In this document: in pieces, positions 43,679 through 53,130 of the stretch
Layout: each line of letters starts with the position of its first letter
Numbering within the stretch: the stretch's first letter is position 1
Sequence record: OR352945.1
Reading direction: 5' to 3' (one strand)
From: Escherichia phage AV115
DNA length: 64,000 nt
Made by a program: the position numbers and the translations under genes
Notes under the pieces: model-generated
Seen by the model: only the letters and a program-made list of their open reading frames with translations
The model's database searches: none
What the model was told of the DNA's origin: nothing

Positions 43679-45943
43679 TTAAAGCTTACAAGCAGAACAA
43701 TCTTCAGCTTTAGGTGTTTCTAATTCATAGTCATCTGTACCTGACCCATCACGAGTGTTATGATAGTAGAGGTTTTTTCCGCCAAAGTACCAGAAGTAAA
43801 GCAGATCGTCAAGCATTACTGACATTGGCACTTTACCTTTCTCAAATACTGCAGGGTCATAGTAAGTATTAGCAGAAGCAGATTGGCACACCCATTTCAA
43901 CATGATAGCAACTTGGGTCAAATAAGGTTTATTACCTTTCTTAGCAAGTTTCCACGCGTAGTCGTAAAGACTCATGTTATGTTCTATATTAGGAACAACC
44001 TGTCGGAAGTTGCCTTCTTTAGATTCTTTAATACTTACAGGTCCACGAGGTGGTTCTATACCATTTGTGCTATTTGAGACTTGACTGCTTGACTCACAAG
44101 GCATGAGTGCAGACAACGTTGAGTTACGAATTCCATGTTCTTTGAGTTCAGCTCGAAGTTCTTCCCAGTCACAGACATAGTTCGGGGCTGCGATTTGGTC
44201 AATCTTTTTATTGTACCAGTCGATAGGTAATTCGCCTCTAGACCATTTAGTGTCTGAATAATACTCACAAGGTCCTTTTTCTTTGGCGAGTTTGATTGAT
44301 GCTTTGATAAGGCCATATTGCAATCTCTCGAACAATTCATGGGTCAAATCGTTAGCGTCTTCATATGAAGCAAAGTTAGAAGCTAACCATGCAGCATAGT
44401 TCGTCACACCAACACCGAGATTTCGACGCTTTTTAGCTTTTAAAGCTTCTGGAACCGGATAATCTTGATAGTCTAACAGGTTATCAAGTGCACGTACTTG
44501 TACTTCAGCAAGTTCATTAATTTTATCTTGGTCTTGCCAATCAAATTTATCTAATACAAAAGCAGATAATGTGCATAAACCAATTTCAGCATCAGGACCA
44601 TTCACATCATTAGTTGGAATAGCGATTTCACAACATAAGTTACTCTGACGAATTGGAGCTTTTTCACGAATAAACGGAGTGTAGTTATTCGTGTTATCAA
44701 CAAACTGTGGATAAATTCGAGCAGTGCCAGAACGTTCAGTCATGAACAATTCAAAGAGTTCTAGTGCTTTGATTCTTTTCTTTCTGATTGTTGGGTCTTT
44801 TTCAGCTTTCTCATAAAGCTCACGGAATTTATCTTGATCTTCAAAGAACGAGTAGTATAGTTCACCTGACATTTCGTGAGGGCTAAATAAAGTAATATAA
44901 TCATTTTTACCAAGGCGTTCCATCATAAGGTCATTAATCTGAATTCCGTAGTCCATATGTCGAATACGGTTTTCATCCACGCCTTTGTTATTTTTCAGAA
45001 CTAATAGGTTCTCTACTTCTAAGTGCCACATCGGATAATACGCTGTAGCAGCACCACCACGAATACCACCTTGAGAACAAGATTTTACTGCAGTTTGGAA
45101 ATGTTTCCAGAATGGAATAACACCTGTATGTCGAACTTCACCCGTACCGATCTTAGAACCTTCTGCACGAAGCATACCAACGTTGATACCGATACCAGCT
45201 CGTTTAGAAATATATTCAATAATTGATGCTGAAGTTTTGTTAATAGATTTTAACGAATCACCTGCTTCAATAACTACACAACTAGAGAACTGGCGAGTTG
45301 GAGTACGAGCACCTGCCATAATTGGGGTTGGCAATGAAACTTGATGAGTAGAAACGGCATCATAAAAACGAATAATATGTTTCAAACGGTCATGAGTTTC
45401 GTCTTGGTGTAAGGCCATGCCAATAGCCATGATAGCAAACTGGGGAGTTTCATAAATCTTCCCAGTTGTTTTATCTTTAACTAGATATTTTTCTTTAAGC
45501 TGCATAGCACCAGCATAAGTCAGGTCAAAGTCTCGTTCATGTTTAATCTGTGAATCGAGATAAATGATTTCTTCTGCTGAATATTGAGACAACAGCTCAG
45601 GGTCATATTTGCCTTCATTAACACAGTAAGAAATATGGTCTATAAAAGCAGGCGGTTCAAACTGCCCATATACATCTTTACGAAGTGCAAACATTAGCCC
45701 TTTGGCGGCGACATACTGATAATCAGGTTCTTCGACAGAAATCAAGTTAGCTGCAACTTTAATACAAATCTTCTGAATATCTTTGGTGCTCATCCCGTCG
45801 ACAAGATGGGTCTTAATTTCTTCATACAATTCGTATGGGTCGATTTGTGTTCCTTCACACTGCCAAGTTAATACTTGAATAATTTTCTGTGCATCAAAAT
45901 TTTGGGATACACCTGAATTTTTCACTACTTTAAAATTATACAT
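43679..45943 (-). CDS. nrdA: ribonucleotide reductase large subunit
   Basis: 754 aa; close to T4 NrdA; C-terminal CxxC. Confidence 0.97.
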   Translation of the reverse strand: MYNFKVVKNSGVSQNFDAQKIIQVLTWQCEGTQIDPYELYEEIKTHLVDGMSTKDIQKICIKVAANLISVEEPDYQYVAAKGLMFALRKDVYGQFEPPAFIDHISYCVNEGKYDPELLSQYSAEEIIYLDSQIKHERDFDLTYAGAMQLKEKYLVKDKTTGKIYETPQFAIMAIGMALHQDETHDRLKHIIRFYDAVSTHQVSLPTPIMAGARTPTRQFSSCVVIEAGDSLKSINKTSASIIEYISKRAGIGINVGMLRAEGSKIGTGEVRHTGVIPFWKHFQTAVKSCSQGGIRGGAATAYYPMWHLEVENLLVLKNNKGVDENRIRHMDYGIQINDLMMERLGKNDYITLFSPHEMSGELYYSFFEDQDKFRELYEKAEKDPTIRKKRIKALELFELFMTERSGTARIYPQFVDNTNNYTPFIREKAPIRQSNLCCEIAIPTNDVNGPDAEIGLCTLSAFVLDKFDWQDQDKINELAEVQVRALDNLLDYQDYPVPEALKAKKRRNLGVGVTNYAAWLASNFASYEDANDLTHELFERLQYGLIKASIKLAKEKGPCEYYSDTKWSRGELPIDWYNKKIDQIAAPNYVCDWEELRAELKEHGIRNSTLSALMPCESSSQVSNSTNGIEPPRGPVSIKESKEGNFRQVVPNIEHNMSLYDYAWKLAKKGNKPYLTQVAIMLKWVCQSASANTYYDPAVFEKGKVPMSVMLDDLLYFWYFGGKNLYYHNTRDGSGTDDYELETPKAEDCSACKL

Positions 45944-46571
45944 AATAATTCCATGTTGGATAATTTGATGATTTTAGACGGCGTCTAACCGTTTGGGTGC
46001 TCATAGATAAAATTATTGACGCTTCATTTAATGTATCATATATTACGTCGTTTATAATTACTTTCTTTGCAAATGGATTCTTAGCTCCTATCATAGCGTT
46101 AGAAATAGCTTGCTTAGTTGATTCTTTTAATGGGACTCCTTTAGAAATTTTTGTTTTAATTTTTATATTGTATTGTCCGCGTTTTTTACCTAATAAAGAA
46201 TTTCGTATCTTTTCTTTAGTCTCTTCAGATTTAACATGTCCTAGTTTGGAACGAGATATTTTATCTTTTGTTTTTTGGTCTAATTTTCGCCCTTTAAGCA
46301 AATCAACCATTTTTGCTCTAGCCCATCCAAATTCTTTATTATTTCTAGAACTCATTAAATTAACCGCGGTTGCTAAACCTAAATTGTTCGGATATATTTT
46401 TAATAAAAGAAGATGAGCCAAATAATGTTCTGAATATGTTAATTTAACTAGATTGTATGACTCATTGGTGCCACCTAAACATTTTGGGATTATATGATGC
46501 CATTCACCATCGATATCTTCAAAATTTCTTTCTTTATTTACTAAGTTTTTATATATTTTTAAATAATCCAT
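45936..46571 (-). CDS. HNH homing endonuclease (MobE-like)
   Basis: HNH motif EWHHIIPKCLGG...NLV; repeated K-rich NUMOD-like segments; track start GTG 46583, ATG at 46571; 3' end overlaps nrdA start. Confidence 0.8.
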   Translation of the reverse strand: MDYLKIYKNLVNKERNFEDIDGEWHHIIPKCLGGTNESYNLVKLTYSEHYLAHLLLLKIYPNNLGLATAVNLMSSRNNKEFGWARAKMVDLLKGRKLDQKTKDKISRSKLGHVKSEETKEKIRNSLLGKKRGQYNIKIKTKISKGVPLKESTKQAISNAMIGAKNPFAKKVIINDVIYDTLNEASIILSMSTQTVRRRLKSSNYPTWNYYV

Positions 46572-46646
46572 AGTATAATCCACTTTGTAGTATCAACGGG
46601 ATAGTATTTATCCCGTTAATTTATTATACACTTTTAAACTGAAGCG

Positions 46647-46901
46647 TTAATTATCCTCAGCAATAATTTCTTCGTATTCTTTAGGTGTCAAGACCGTGAT
46701 ATTGAAATAAACCAACGGTTCTTTTTCCACACCGTAACCACCACAGAATTCACGATATTCATAAATTCGTTCATGTGAATAACAAATGAATCGTTCACCT
46801 TTAACTATGATTTCACTATTCGGTGAAGGGATATCTAGTTCGGTAGGATTTTTCATTTCAAAAATTGTGGTGCCATATGAATTAATAAAACGTAAAATCA
46901 T
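46647..46901 (-). CDS. hypothetical protein
   Basis: 84 aa; ATG 1 nt after td stop. Confidence 0.4.
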   Translation of the reverse strand: MILRFINSYGTTIFEMKNPTELDIPSPNSEIIVKGERFICYSHERIYEYREFCGGYGVEKEPLVYFNITVLTPKEYEEIIAEDN

Positions 46902-46902
46902 T

Positions 46903-47214
46903 TTATACCGCCATTTTAGCTTTGATAGCTGGATGTGATTCGTAATTTTTAAGAACGAAATCAGAATGTGTCATCGTTCCGGTAACCCAGTCCATTTGGA
47001 TTTTTGTAGGCCAATTCTCAAAATTACTAGGCCAATTAATTTCAAGAGAACATAACTCTTTAGGTTCATGACGAAGAACTTCTTTGCATTGTTCTACATG
47101 ATTGCTGTAGATATGCGTGTTGCCGCCTGAGAACACTAAATCACCTGGGATAAGGTTACACATCTTCGCTACAATATGTGTCAAGGCAGCGTACGAGGCG
47201 ATGTTGAACGGTAG
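46903..47214 (-). CDS. td: thymidylate synthase, exon 2
   Basis: C-terminal TS (LPFNIASYA...); track ATG at 47215-47217 is the last 3 nt of the intron (cataATG|CTACCG). Confidence 0.93.
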   Translation of the reverse strand, partial: LPFNIASYAALTHIVAKMCNLIPGDLVFSGGNTHIYSNHVEQCKEVLRHEPKELCSLEINWPSNFENWPTKIQMDWVTGTMTHSDFVLKNYESHPAIKAKMAV

Positions 47215-48230
47215 CATTATGTTCAGATAAGGTCGTTAATCTTATCCCGGAATTATATCCAGCTGCATGTCACCATGCAGAGCAGACTATATCTCCAACT
47301 TGTTAAAGCAAGTTGTCTATCGTTTCGAGTCACTTGACCCTACTCCCTAAAGGGATAGTCGTTAGGCATTTATGTAGAACCAATTCCACTTATCAGATTT
47401 TACACGGTAAGTAACTAATCCTGATGAAATTTCAAAATGTCTAGCCGCATCGGCTGCACATTCAAAAATAATCCCATCGCATGAAATCTTTTTGATGTTA
47501 GCTGGCTTTTTGCCTTTCATCTTTTCAGATAGTTTAGTTTTAGTTTTTTCTGAATGTTTGTGATTAAAGAACGGGTTATTTTCACCTGAACGTTTTCGGC
47601 ACTTTCCACAAGTATCGGCCGAAGATGGTATGCGAACACCGCATTTACAAAACTTGTGGTTTTCTGGATTCCATCGGCCATTTTTACTTCCGTGTTTACC
47701 ATAAAGAGCTTTCCGACCATCAGGACCAAGCTTAAGCATCTTAGCTTTAACAGTTTCAGCTCGTTTCTTAGCAATTTCTTCTTTTAATGGATGATTTGAA
47801 AGCACATCGCCAAAAGACGCATCAGCAATATTATATCCATTAATTTTAGAATTTAGCTCTTTAATCCAAAAATTTTCTCGTTCAATAATCAAATCTTTCT
47901 CATATGGAATTTCTTCCAGTATAGAGCATTCAAAAACATTACCATGTTTATTAAAAGACCTTTGAAATTTTATAGAAGAGTGAACACCGTTTTCAAGGTC
48001 TTTAAAATGTCTCTTCCATCTTTTCTCAAAATCTTTAGCACTTCCAACATACACTTTACCGTTTAAAGTGTTTTTAATCTGATAAATTCCGCTTTTCATA
48101 AACACCTCTTTTTATATAGAAGTATTTATTAAAGGGTAGTCCTACAATTTAGCACGGGATTGTCTACTAGAGAGGTCCCCCGTTTAGATAGATTACAAGT
48201 ATAAGTCACCTTATACCTAGGCCTAAATTA
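47215..48230 (-). mobile_element. group I self-splicing intron in td
   Basis: 1016 nt; 5' and 3' intron sequences as I recall the T4 td intron; exon 1 ends ...GGT. Confidence 0.93.
47362..48099 (-). CDS. I-TevI: intron-encoded GIY-YIG homing endonuclease I-TevI
   Basis: 245 aa from ATG 48099 (track GTG start at 48105); MKSGIYQIKNT...; GIY-YIG plus zinc finger. Confidence 0.97.
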   Translation of the reverse strand: MKSGIYQIKNTLNGKVYVGSAKDFEKRWKRHFKDLENGVHSSIKFQRSFNKHGNVFECSILEEIPYEKDLIIERENFWIKELNSKINGYNIADASFGDVLSNHPLKEEIAKKRAETVKAKMLKLGPDGRKALYGKHGSKNGRWNPENHKFCKCGVRIPSSADTCGKCRKRSGENNPFFNHKHSEKTKTKLSEKMKGKKPANIKKISCDGIIFECAADAARHFEISSGLVTYRVKSDKWNWFYINA

Positions 48231-48779
48231 ACCTAAGAAAACATCTACACTGCGTTGATACCATTGTAAATCAAGATGACCATTACGCACATTGAACTGA
48301 TAGAACATATGGCAAGGAGGAAGAGCCATTTGATTTATTTCAGCCGGATTCCAGGCAGAAACAATTTGACGACGATCAGTTGGTAATTTTTTAATACGGT
48401 CGATTGTTTCAACTAATTGGTCTACACCACCAAAATCACGCCATTGCTTACCATAAATAGGACCAAGTTCGCCGCTATGATATCCAAGGTCTTTTGCCTG
48501 ATTTTCATAGTTGTCGTCCCAAATAGTTTTACCTTGAATAAGACTACCATGAGTACGAATACGCAAATCATTAACATTGGTAGAACCAGACATGAACCAC
48601 AGTAACTCGGCAATACAAGCTTTCCATGCTAATTTCTTAGTTGTTACTGCAGGAAATCCTTTAGTAAGGTCCCAACGTAATTTAGTTCCGAACAGGGCAA
48701 TAGTGCCGGTACCTGTACGGTCGTCTGTTTCGTAGCCATTTTCTAAGATATCTTTAATCAGGTATTGGTATTGTTTCAT
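48231..48779 (-). CDS. td: thymidylate synthase, exon 1
   Basis: N-terminal TS with active-site region PPCH; 183 codons. Confidence 0.95.
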
Positions 48780-49363
48780 TTATATACGCTCTCAGTAATT
48801 TCGGTGAGTTCATCGATTCTGTAGTAATGAGATTCTACCATAGAACGTTGAAGCATAATATCTTGGACGAAATCTTTATCAAGTTGAACATCGGAATTAA
48901 CACGACATTTCTTAATGATTTTAGTCATCACGATTTCATCGGCATAAGGCAGTGCTTGTTTTAATAGAGCAGGGCCACCAATAATAGATACATCAACATG
49001 TTCAGTAGAAAGTTTAAACGGTACGTCAGTTGCAGGGCTAAACAGGTTAATTTCACCACCCGTTACCAAGGTAATAAATTCTGCTTGGGTGATATAGAAC
49101 CGTGCAAGTTCGTTGGTTTTGGTCCTAGGCAGTTTTCTGGCCATATCAGTGACAACCACATGAGTACGATCCTGGAGTAGACGAGGTAATGATGCAAAAG
49201 TCTTAGCACCCATAACCATTACAGTGTTTTTAGTGCGAGCAACAAAGTTACTCATATCTTGTTTGATATGCTTCCATGGAAGTCCATCACCTAATCCAAA
49301 AGCATATTCCAGTTTATCATCAACTGTTTTAGTCGGAGCGCATGCGAATACTAATTTAAGCAT
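48776..49363 (-). CDS. frd: dihydrofolate reductase
   Basis: 195 aa; stop overlaps td start; T4 Frd length and position. Confidence 0.9.
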   Translation of the reverse strand: MLKLVFACAPTKTVDDKLEYAFGLGDGLPWKHIKQDMSNFVARTKNTVMVMGAKTFASLPRLLQDRTHVVVTDMARKLPRTKTNELARFYITQAEFITLVTGGEINLFSPATDVPFKLSTEHVDVSIIGGPALLKQALPYADEIVMTKIIKKCRVNSDVQLDKDFVQDIMLQRSMVESHYYRIDELTEITESVYK

Positions 49364-49366
49364 TTT

Positions 49367-49615
49367 TTATTTCCTCAGATTTTTCTTAACAACTTTCCAA
49401 TCAGCTTTAAACGATTCAACATCAGAGTGGTGAATCCAGAATCCTGCACTTTCACCATCTTCGTAGAGTGGACATCCATCGCATTCTTCGTTCCAACCCA
49501 TTTCACGTAAAGCTTCTTCAGCTTGTTCAAGGAGTTCAGCGTCTTTACCAACGATGTTGAAGTACCATTTACCTCTAACTTCAGAATCTTTGATGCTCTG
49601 GCGTTGCAATCTCAT
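49367..49615 (-). CDS. hypothetical protein
   Basis: Track ORF starts with a non-ATG codon at 49678; first ATG (MRLQRQ...) at 49615. Confidence 0.4.
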   Translation of the reverse strand: MRLQRQSIKDSEVRGKWYFNIVGKDAELLEQAEEALREMGWNEECDGCPLYEDGESAGFWIHHSDVESFKADWKVVKKNLRK

Positions 49616-49677
49616 TTTATTCTCCTTCACTTTTGATTTGATAGGGCTACTATAACATAACCCTATCTGATTATACA

Positions 49678-50070
49678 CTACTTTTTAAAAGTTTTTTGCA
49701 AAAGTTTGATGATTTCGTCGACGTTGGTTTCATCTACGATACAATGGATTTTTGTTACACCTAAAGTTATACCTTCGTTAGTAGGTTGAGGCTTTACTAA
49801 ATCTACTTCAATAAAGTATTTGAACTCGTCAGGATAAATCTCGAAATAAGTTTCAATTTCACCACCGGCAGAACATACAGTACCGTCTTCCATAGTTACA
49901 CTTACTACGTTTGACGTATCGCTATCATAATCAGGTTCCATTCCGTTTACAACAAAACTAGGCCCATGGAGTTCAATCAATTTTAACATCTTAGCGTTAT
50001 TGTGTGGTGCTTCTTGAACAAAGTCGTCTTTAAATAAAGGGTTAATGATATAAGATTTTCCGATTTCCAT
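49678..50070 (-). CDS. hypothetical early protein
   Basis: 130 aa; SD GAGGAA and early promoter upstream. Confidence 0.5.
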   Translation of the reverse strand: MEIGKSYIINPLFKDDFVQEAPHNNAKMLKLIELHGPSFVVNGMEPDYDSDTSNVVSVTMEDGTVCSAGGEIETYFEIYPDEFKYFIEVDLVKPQPTNEGITLGVTKIHCIVDETNVDEIIKLLQKTFKK

Positions 50071-50099
50071 TTTGATTTCCTCATGTTGTTGATAGGTCT

Positions 50100-50128
50100 A
50101 TACTAACACATCCAGGTAAGAAGTAAAC
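50100..50128 (-). promoter_or_regulatory. early sigma70-type promoter
   Basis: GTTTAC-N17-TAGTATAGAC on minus strand, preceded by hairpin 50160-50177; leader CAACAACATGAGGAAA. Confidence 0.6.
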
Positions 50129-50159
50129 AACTTTTTCGGCAATTTACAGATACTCAAAA

Positions 50160-50177
50160 GGGAGACCGAAGTCTCCC
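50160..50177 (-). terminator. stem-loop GGGAGACCGAAGTCTCCC (copy 2), after gene 32
   Basis: Identical 18-nt hairpin, T-run on minus strand, followed by early promoter. Confidence 0.6.
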
Positions 50178-50183
50178 AATTTA

Positions 50184-51083
50184 TTATAGACCAGCTAACA
50201 GGTCATCGAGGTCACCATCGTCAGAAGACGAGGAACTCATGAAGTCATCTTCAGTTTTTGCAGAACCAAAGGCTTCCATGTCTTTATCAAAATCGTCAAG
50301 GTCAGAAGCAACTTTATCTGCAACAGAAGCTGCTGCGGCTGCTGCACCACCAAGAGCGGCAGTACCAAGAACTTGATTAAATTTAGTATTCAATTCTTCA
50401 AACGATTTGAACTTATCTTTAGAAGTCATTTCAGAAAGGTCGACCATTTGTTCGAACAATTCTTTCTGGAAAGATTCATCATCAATGTTTGGAATCGCAG
50501 ATTGATTCAGGAATTTAGATTCGTCGTAGTTACTGAAACCAGAAACCTGTTTAACTTTCAGCACAAAGTTAGCACCTTCCCACGGGCAAGTTACATCAAC
50601 AGGAGTTTCACCCATTTCAGTATCGACTGCAATCATTGCATTGATTTTGTCCCAAATCTTTTTACCGAAACGATATTTGAATACTTTACCTTCATTATCT
50701 GGAGCTTGAGGGTCTTTAACAACCAGAATATTAGCCCAATAAGAAGTTTTACGTTTCAGTTGAGAATATTCAGTTTTGTTGGTATTGTACAGGTCATTTT
50801 TACTAATGTACTGACATACAGGACAAGAGTCATAATCGCCGTGTGTAGATGAACAGGTTTCAATATACCATTTACCATTTTTCTTGAACCCGTGGTTAAC
50901 AAGAATTGTAAACGGAAGTGCGTCATCTGTTTTTGCCGGCAGGAAACGAATTACCGCTTGACCATTACCGGATGCATCGAGTTTCAGCTTCCATTCACCT
51001 TTATCTTCTGAAGAGAAACCTTTGTTACCATTCAGTTTAGCCATCTGAGCTGCGAGGTCTGCGGTACTTTTACGTTTAAACAT
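50184..51083 (-). CDS. 32: single-stranded DNA-binding protein
   Basis: 299 aa; near-identical to T4 gp32 (zinc site, acidic C-terminal tail). Confidence 0.97.
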   Translation of the reverse strand: MFKRKSTADLAAQMAKLNGNKGFSSEDKGEWKLKLDASGNGQAVIRFLPAKTDDALPFTILVNHGFKKNGKWYIETCSSTHGDYDSCPVCQYISKNDLYNTNKTEYSQLKRKTSYWANILVVKDPQAPDNEGKVFKYRFGKKIWDKINAMIAVDTEMGETPVDVTCPWEGANFVLKVKQVSGFSNYDESKFLNQSAIPNIDDESFQKELFEQMVDLSEMTSKDKFKSFEELNTKFNQVLGTAALGGAAAAAASVADKVASDLDDFDKDMEAFGSAKTEDDFMSSSSSDDGDLDDLLAGL

Positions 51084-51160
51084 TTTATTTGCCTTTATTT
51101 AGATTATTAATTAAATTTTACAGTTGGTTGCTACGACACTTATACCTCGTAGCTGGTATG
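51084..51160 (-). promoter_or_regulatory. gene 32 5' leader (putative autoregulatory translational operator)
   Basis: Long A/U-rich leader with repeated UUAAA/UAAA elements upstream of weak SD AAAGG. Confidence 0.45.
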
Positions 51161-51163
51161 ATT

Positions 51164-51171
51164 TATTTATA
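51164..51171 (-). promoter_or_regulatory. late promoter TATAAATA (gene 32)
   Basis: Plus TATTTATA ~80 nt upstream of gene 32 start. Confidence 0.55.
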
Positions 51172-51200
51172 AAGTAATTTTAACACACAAGAAATAAAGC

Positions 51201-51854
51201 TTAATACTTACATGATTTGATTGTTTCTATGAACAATTTCTTAGCAGCATTTCTATCGATTTGAAGTATTTTTCGATATGCCTTTAATTTGGTAGAATAA
51301 TTTTGCCAGACTAAGTTATCGGTGAGTTCGTCGTGCTTATCTATAATATTCAAAAACGAGTCCAACAATAAGAAAGTTTCAAATGAAATTATATTGCTTT
51401 GTAGCAATTTAAATATGTAGCTCGACTGAACGTTGTTATTATAATCAAATATCTCTTGAAGCGCACTAACTTCAACTTTCTTACTGAAATAGTAGATGTT
51501 ACGTACGTCTTCAGCAAACGTCTCCTTGGCTTGTTTGAGACGTCCAATATATTCCCTATAGAAAACTAATGCATCAGCGTCTGATATCTCACCAATCCAT
51601 GCGTCTTGGTTAGCAACTAAGTTGCTTATGAATATCAAGGTGAGTTCCTTCAATTTATATTTCTCTGCTAGTTTTTCAAAGAAATATTTATCTCGGCGTT
51701 TTTGATACGCATTATCCGAAACACGCATGCACCAGTTATATTTGATTACGTCATACCGACCACCAAAGTGGTTTTTGCACATCAAGTATAGTTTATATAC
51801 TGATTTTCCATTAATATAACGTTCTCCGTCAGGAGGCATGCGTATTTTAATCAT
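51201..51854 (-). CDS. 59: helicase loader
   Basis: 217 aa; close to T4 gp59. Confidence 0.95.
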   Translation of the reverse strand: MIKIRMPPDGERYINGKSVYKLYLMCKNHFGGRYDVIKYNWCMRVSDNAYQKRRDKYFFEKLAEKYKLKELTLIFISNLVANQDAWIGEISDADALVFYREYIGRLKQAKETFAEDVRNIYYFSKKVEVSALQEIFDYNNNVQSSYIFKLLQSNIISFETFLLLDSFLNIIDKHDELTDNLVWQNYSTKLKAYRKILQIDRNAAKKLFIETIKSCKY

Positions 51855-52530
51855 AGTTCCATCCAGGCCATTTTGAAGATTTAAGTCTATATGTAACTAA
51901 AGACGCAGAAATATTAAAAACATTTGAAACTTCTTTACACGAGGCGTATTTTACACCATCAATAATTATAGGTTTTTGTTTTTTAATAGTTCTTTCTTTA
52001 GAATGCGGCTTTGAATTTGCTATTCTAAGAGCTTCTTTGGTTGAATCAGGCATCGGCTTATTCGTTTTTCGCCCTTTTCGGACTTTACTCAAGGCCAATT
52101 TGTGAGCTTCAGATAGTTTCTTACCCTTATTAGGTGACGGTATTTTTCTTTCTAGTCTTGTTTTAGATACTTTAGCCTTAGTCTCTTCAGATCTAGGTTT
52201 ACCTAATTTAGAAAGTGAAATAGACCTTTTAGCTTCATCACTTTGTTTTTTACCAGGACCACCTTTACCACCGGGAACTAAGTTATAAGTATCATCTCGC
52301 AAAACAAAATCTTCATTAACCAATTCTGCTTCTTTTTTATAGGCGTCCTTGTCATTATCATATTCATAAAGAATTTCGGTATAAAAATTTTTTAGTCCAT
52401 ATTTAGCTTTGGCCGCTAATATAGCGCGGCCTGATCCAATATACCAATCTTTCTCTTTATGTTTTTTGTGTACGCCTATATAAATTTTACCATTTATTTT
52501 ATTGGTAGTTTTATACACAACGTATTTCAT
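51847..52530 (-). CDS. GIY-YIG homing endonuclease (Seg-like)
   Basis: 227 aa; VYKTTNKINGKIYIG motif, K-rich C-terminal half; ATG overlaps gene 33 stop (ATGA), 3' end overlaps gene 59 start. Confidence 0.8.
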   Translation of the reverse strand: MKYVVYKTTNKINGKIYIGVHKKHKEKDWYIGSGRAILAAKAKYGLKNFYTEILYEYDNDKDAYKKEAELVNEDFVLRDDTYNLVPGGKGGPGKKQSDEAKRSISLSKLGKPRSEETKAKVSKTRLERKIPSPNKGKKLSEAHKLALSKVRKGRKTNKPMPDSTKEALRIANSKPHSKERTIKKQKPIIIDGVKYASCKEVSNVFNISASLVTYRLKSSKWPGWNYD

Positions 52531-52865
52531 AATAAGAAATCTAGCGTATTAGTTTTTTCACCACGAGCAACTGATGGGCGAAGCATGTTTTCGTCAATTG
52601 CTTCGCTTGTAATTTTTTCAACAATTCCTGTAGGAATAAATTTAGCAAATTGTGTTTCTGGAATAGAATTTTCTTCCAAGAAAGCAGTTGTTGCTTCTAA
52701 ATAAGACATACCAAATTGTTCAACCATGGATTCGATAATGAATCCGTTTTCTTGACGGTCAAGCAATTTAGCGATATCATCTTTATCGTGTTTTACTGCT
52801 AATTCTTGTTCAGATAAACCGGCCTCATCAACCGGTTTAATATCACTTAGTGAAAACTGTGTCAT
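52527..52865 (-). CDS. 33: late transcription accessory protein
   Basis: 112 aa; T4 gp33 length and position. Confidence 0.9.
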   Translation of the reverse strand: MTQFSLSDIKPVDEAGLSEQELAVKHDKDDIAKLLDRQENGFIIESMVEQFGMSYLEATTAFLEENSIPETQFAKFIPTGIVEKITSEAIDENMLRPSVARGEKTNTLDFLL

Positions 52866-53130
52866 AAAGCTCGACTACCTCTTCGTTTTCAGCTTCAAAT
52901 TGGTCACGAGCGTCTTTATGATAAAGAGCTAACAAACGATTAAACATTTTTCCATCGACACCAAGCTCTTCTTTAGCACGAGTACGAATGTCTTTAATCA
53001 GTTCATTATAACCAGAAATTTTAAGTTTGTTATCGGAAGCTTCCTTGACTAGTTTAGCCAGTTCTTCACCATGCACATCTTGATTAAATTCAACTGCTTC
53101 TTTCTTAGCCATGTTTACCTCAGAATTCAT
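52843..53130 (-). CDS. dsbA: double-stranded DNA-binding protein
   Basis: 95 aa ORF (possibly 89 aa from second Met at ~53112); position between rnh and gene 33. Confidence 0.8.
   Translation of the reverse strand: MNSEVNMAKKEAVEFNQDVHGEELAKLVKEASDNKLKISGYNELIKDIRTRAKEELGVDGKMFNRLLALYHKDARDQFEAENEEVVELYDTVFTK

Noticed and set aside
47215-47217. ATG at the start of the td exon-2 ORF
   Set aside because: These three nt are the end of the group I intron (cataATG|CTACCG); exon 2 begins at 47214 and is joined to exon 1 by splicing.
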